NCBI GenBank assembly: GCA_028534125.1
Contig: CM052816.1
Coordinates: 82,400,001 to 82,464,000, forward strand
Source of the DNA: Lama glama
Taxonomy: Eukaryota
DNA length: 64,000 nucleotides
Reading direction: 5' to 3'
This document shows, one piece after another, positions 63,261-64,000 of this stretch. Positions within the stretch are counted from its first letter, which is position 1; every line of letters starts with the position of its first letter. The translations under genes and the position numbers were made by a program. The notes below the pieces were generated by a model that ran no database searches, was not told where the DNA came from, and saw only the letters and a list, made by a program, of their open reading frames with translations.

Positions 63261-63384
63261 CAAATAATGTCAGAAACGTATTTTAAAGAGACAATATCTA
63301 TCATTAACATTGTCAGCCACATTTAGTACCGTAGTAACAGTGATATTTTAACAGTAAATGTTGAAATGTTAAACACTAATAACA

Positions 63385-63540
63385 TGCTTTTTTAAAACCT
63401 TTTTGTATCAGAATGACAATCTGATGAAAGCTTTGAACTCTGTTCACAGGAAAATGCTCATTACACAAAAAGTTTTGAATACAATTTTAAAGTTGTTTGT
63501 GAACATCTTAAGCCTATGTGTTCTGGTTTATGAACCCCTG
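63385..63540. mobile_element. hAT-Charlie (Charlie4z-like) non-autonomous element
   Basis: aatctgatgaaagctttgaactct...aaaatgc...ttttgaatacaatttt...aagcctatg...gaacccctg terminal sequence. Confidence 0.6.
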
Positions 63541-64000
63541 AGTTATAATATCCCATGAATAAATGCTGCCATTTGACTGTATAACATGAAAGTTAAAAAG
63601 TAATTTTTAGAGAGAAAAGAATGGAGGCAGTGAATAAATTTCTTGAGCTTGTATTTGTATTATGCACAAAACATTTAACTTTGTGGTATAAGTATATCGT
63701 ATCTAAATTACATACATTTTTCTTTTCTCAGCAAGTTGACATTTACTTTGTACTCTGCAACTAAAGCAAAGAATGCTGAGTTTGGTGTCTAGTGTGAGAA
63801 ACCAAACTTCAATCAAACAGTAACTTATCTTTTGTAATAAAATGATGTGAAAAAAGCAGAAGTTGTTCTAAAAGTATGCTTTGAATAACCAGAGATAAAC
63901 TTTGAGTATTAGAGAGTGGTGTTCGTGGGCAAGATTCAAGGAAGTTAAGTCTGAATCATGAATATAAGTTACTAGTTAAAAGAGTGAGTGGATATAGAAC

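Noticed and set aside
1..64000. Prokaryotic-style operon, defence system, CRISPR array, rRNA or other novel multi-gene system
   Set aside because: The sequence is mammalian non-coding DNA. No ORF exceeds 154 aa, and there is no gene-dense region, repeat-spacer array, or rRNA/numt similarity that I can recognise.

Overview
This is AT-rich, CpG-depleted mammalian genomic DNA, not a prokaryotic window. A tRNA-derived SINE at 127-299 has the structure I recall for the camelid (alpaca/llama/camel) Vic-1-type SINE, and a solo LTR at 51752-52294 resembles the artiodactyl MER41-like family, so the source is probably a camelid. I recognise no protein-coding gene. The ORF track holds only short chance ORFs and ORFs read through repeats, and the only protein homology I can see is a disabled LINE-1 ORF2 C-terminal fragment (~59898-60712). 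A large part of the window is old interspersed repeat: L2, MIR, L1M, MaLR (MLT1), ERVL (MLT2, LTR16, LTR33), ERV1 (MER31, MER90, MER41-like) and hAT-Charlie. Several LTRs retain visible target-site duplications (TSDs) and several elements are nested. The unique sequence between repeats contains blocks dense in homeodomain, TALE and Sox motifs that look like conserved non-coding enhancers, including an exact Sox-Oct composite CATTGTTATGCAAAT at 44742-44756. There are also a few exon-like segments with strong splice signals that may belong to a lncRNA. The most economical reading is a large intron or gene desert, possibly within a developmental regulatory landscape. I found no support for a novel multi-gene system. 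Repeat family names come from my recollection of consensus sequences and need RepeatMasker/Dfam confirmation; boundaries without a TSD are approximate.
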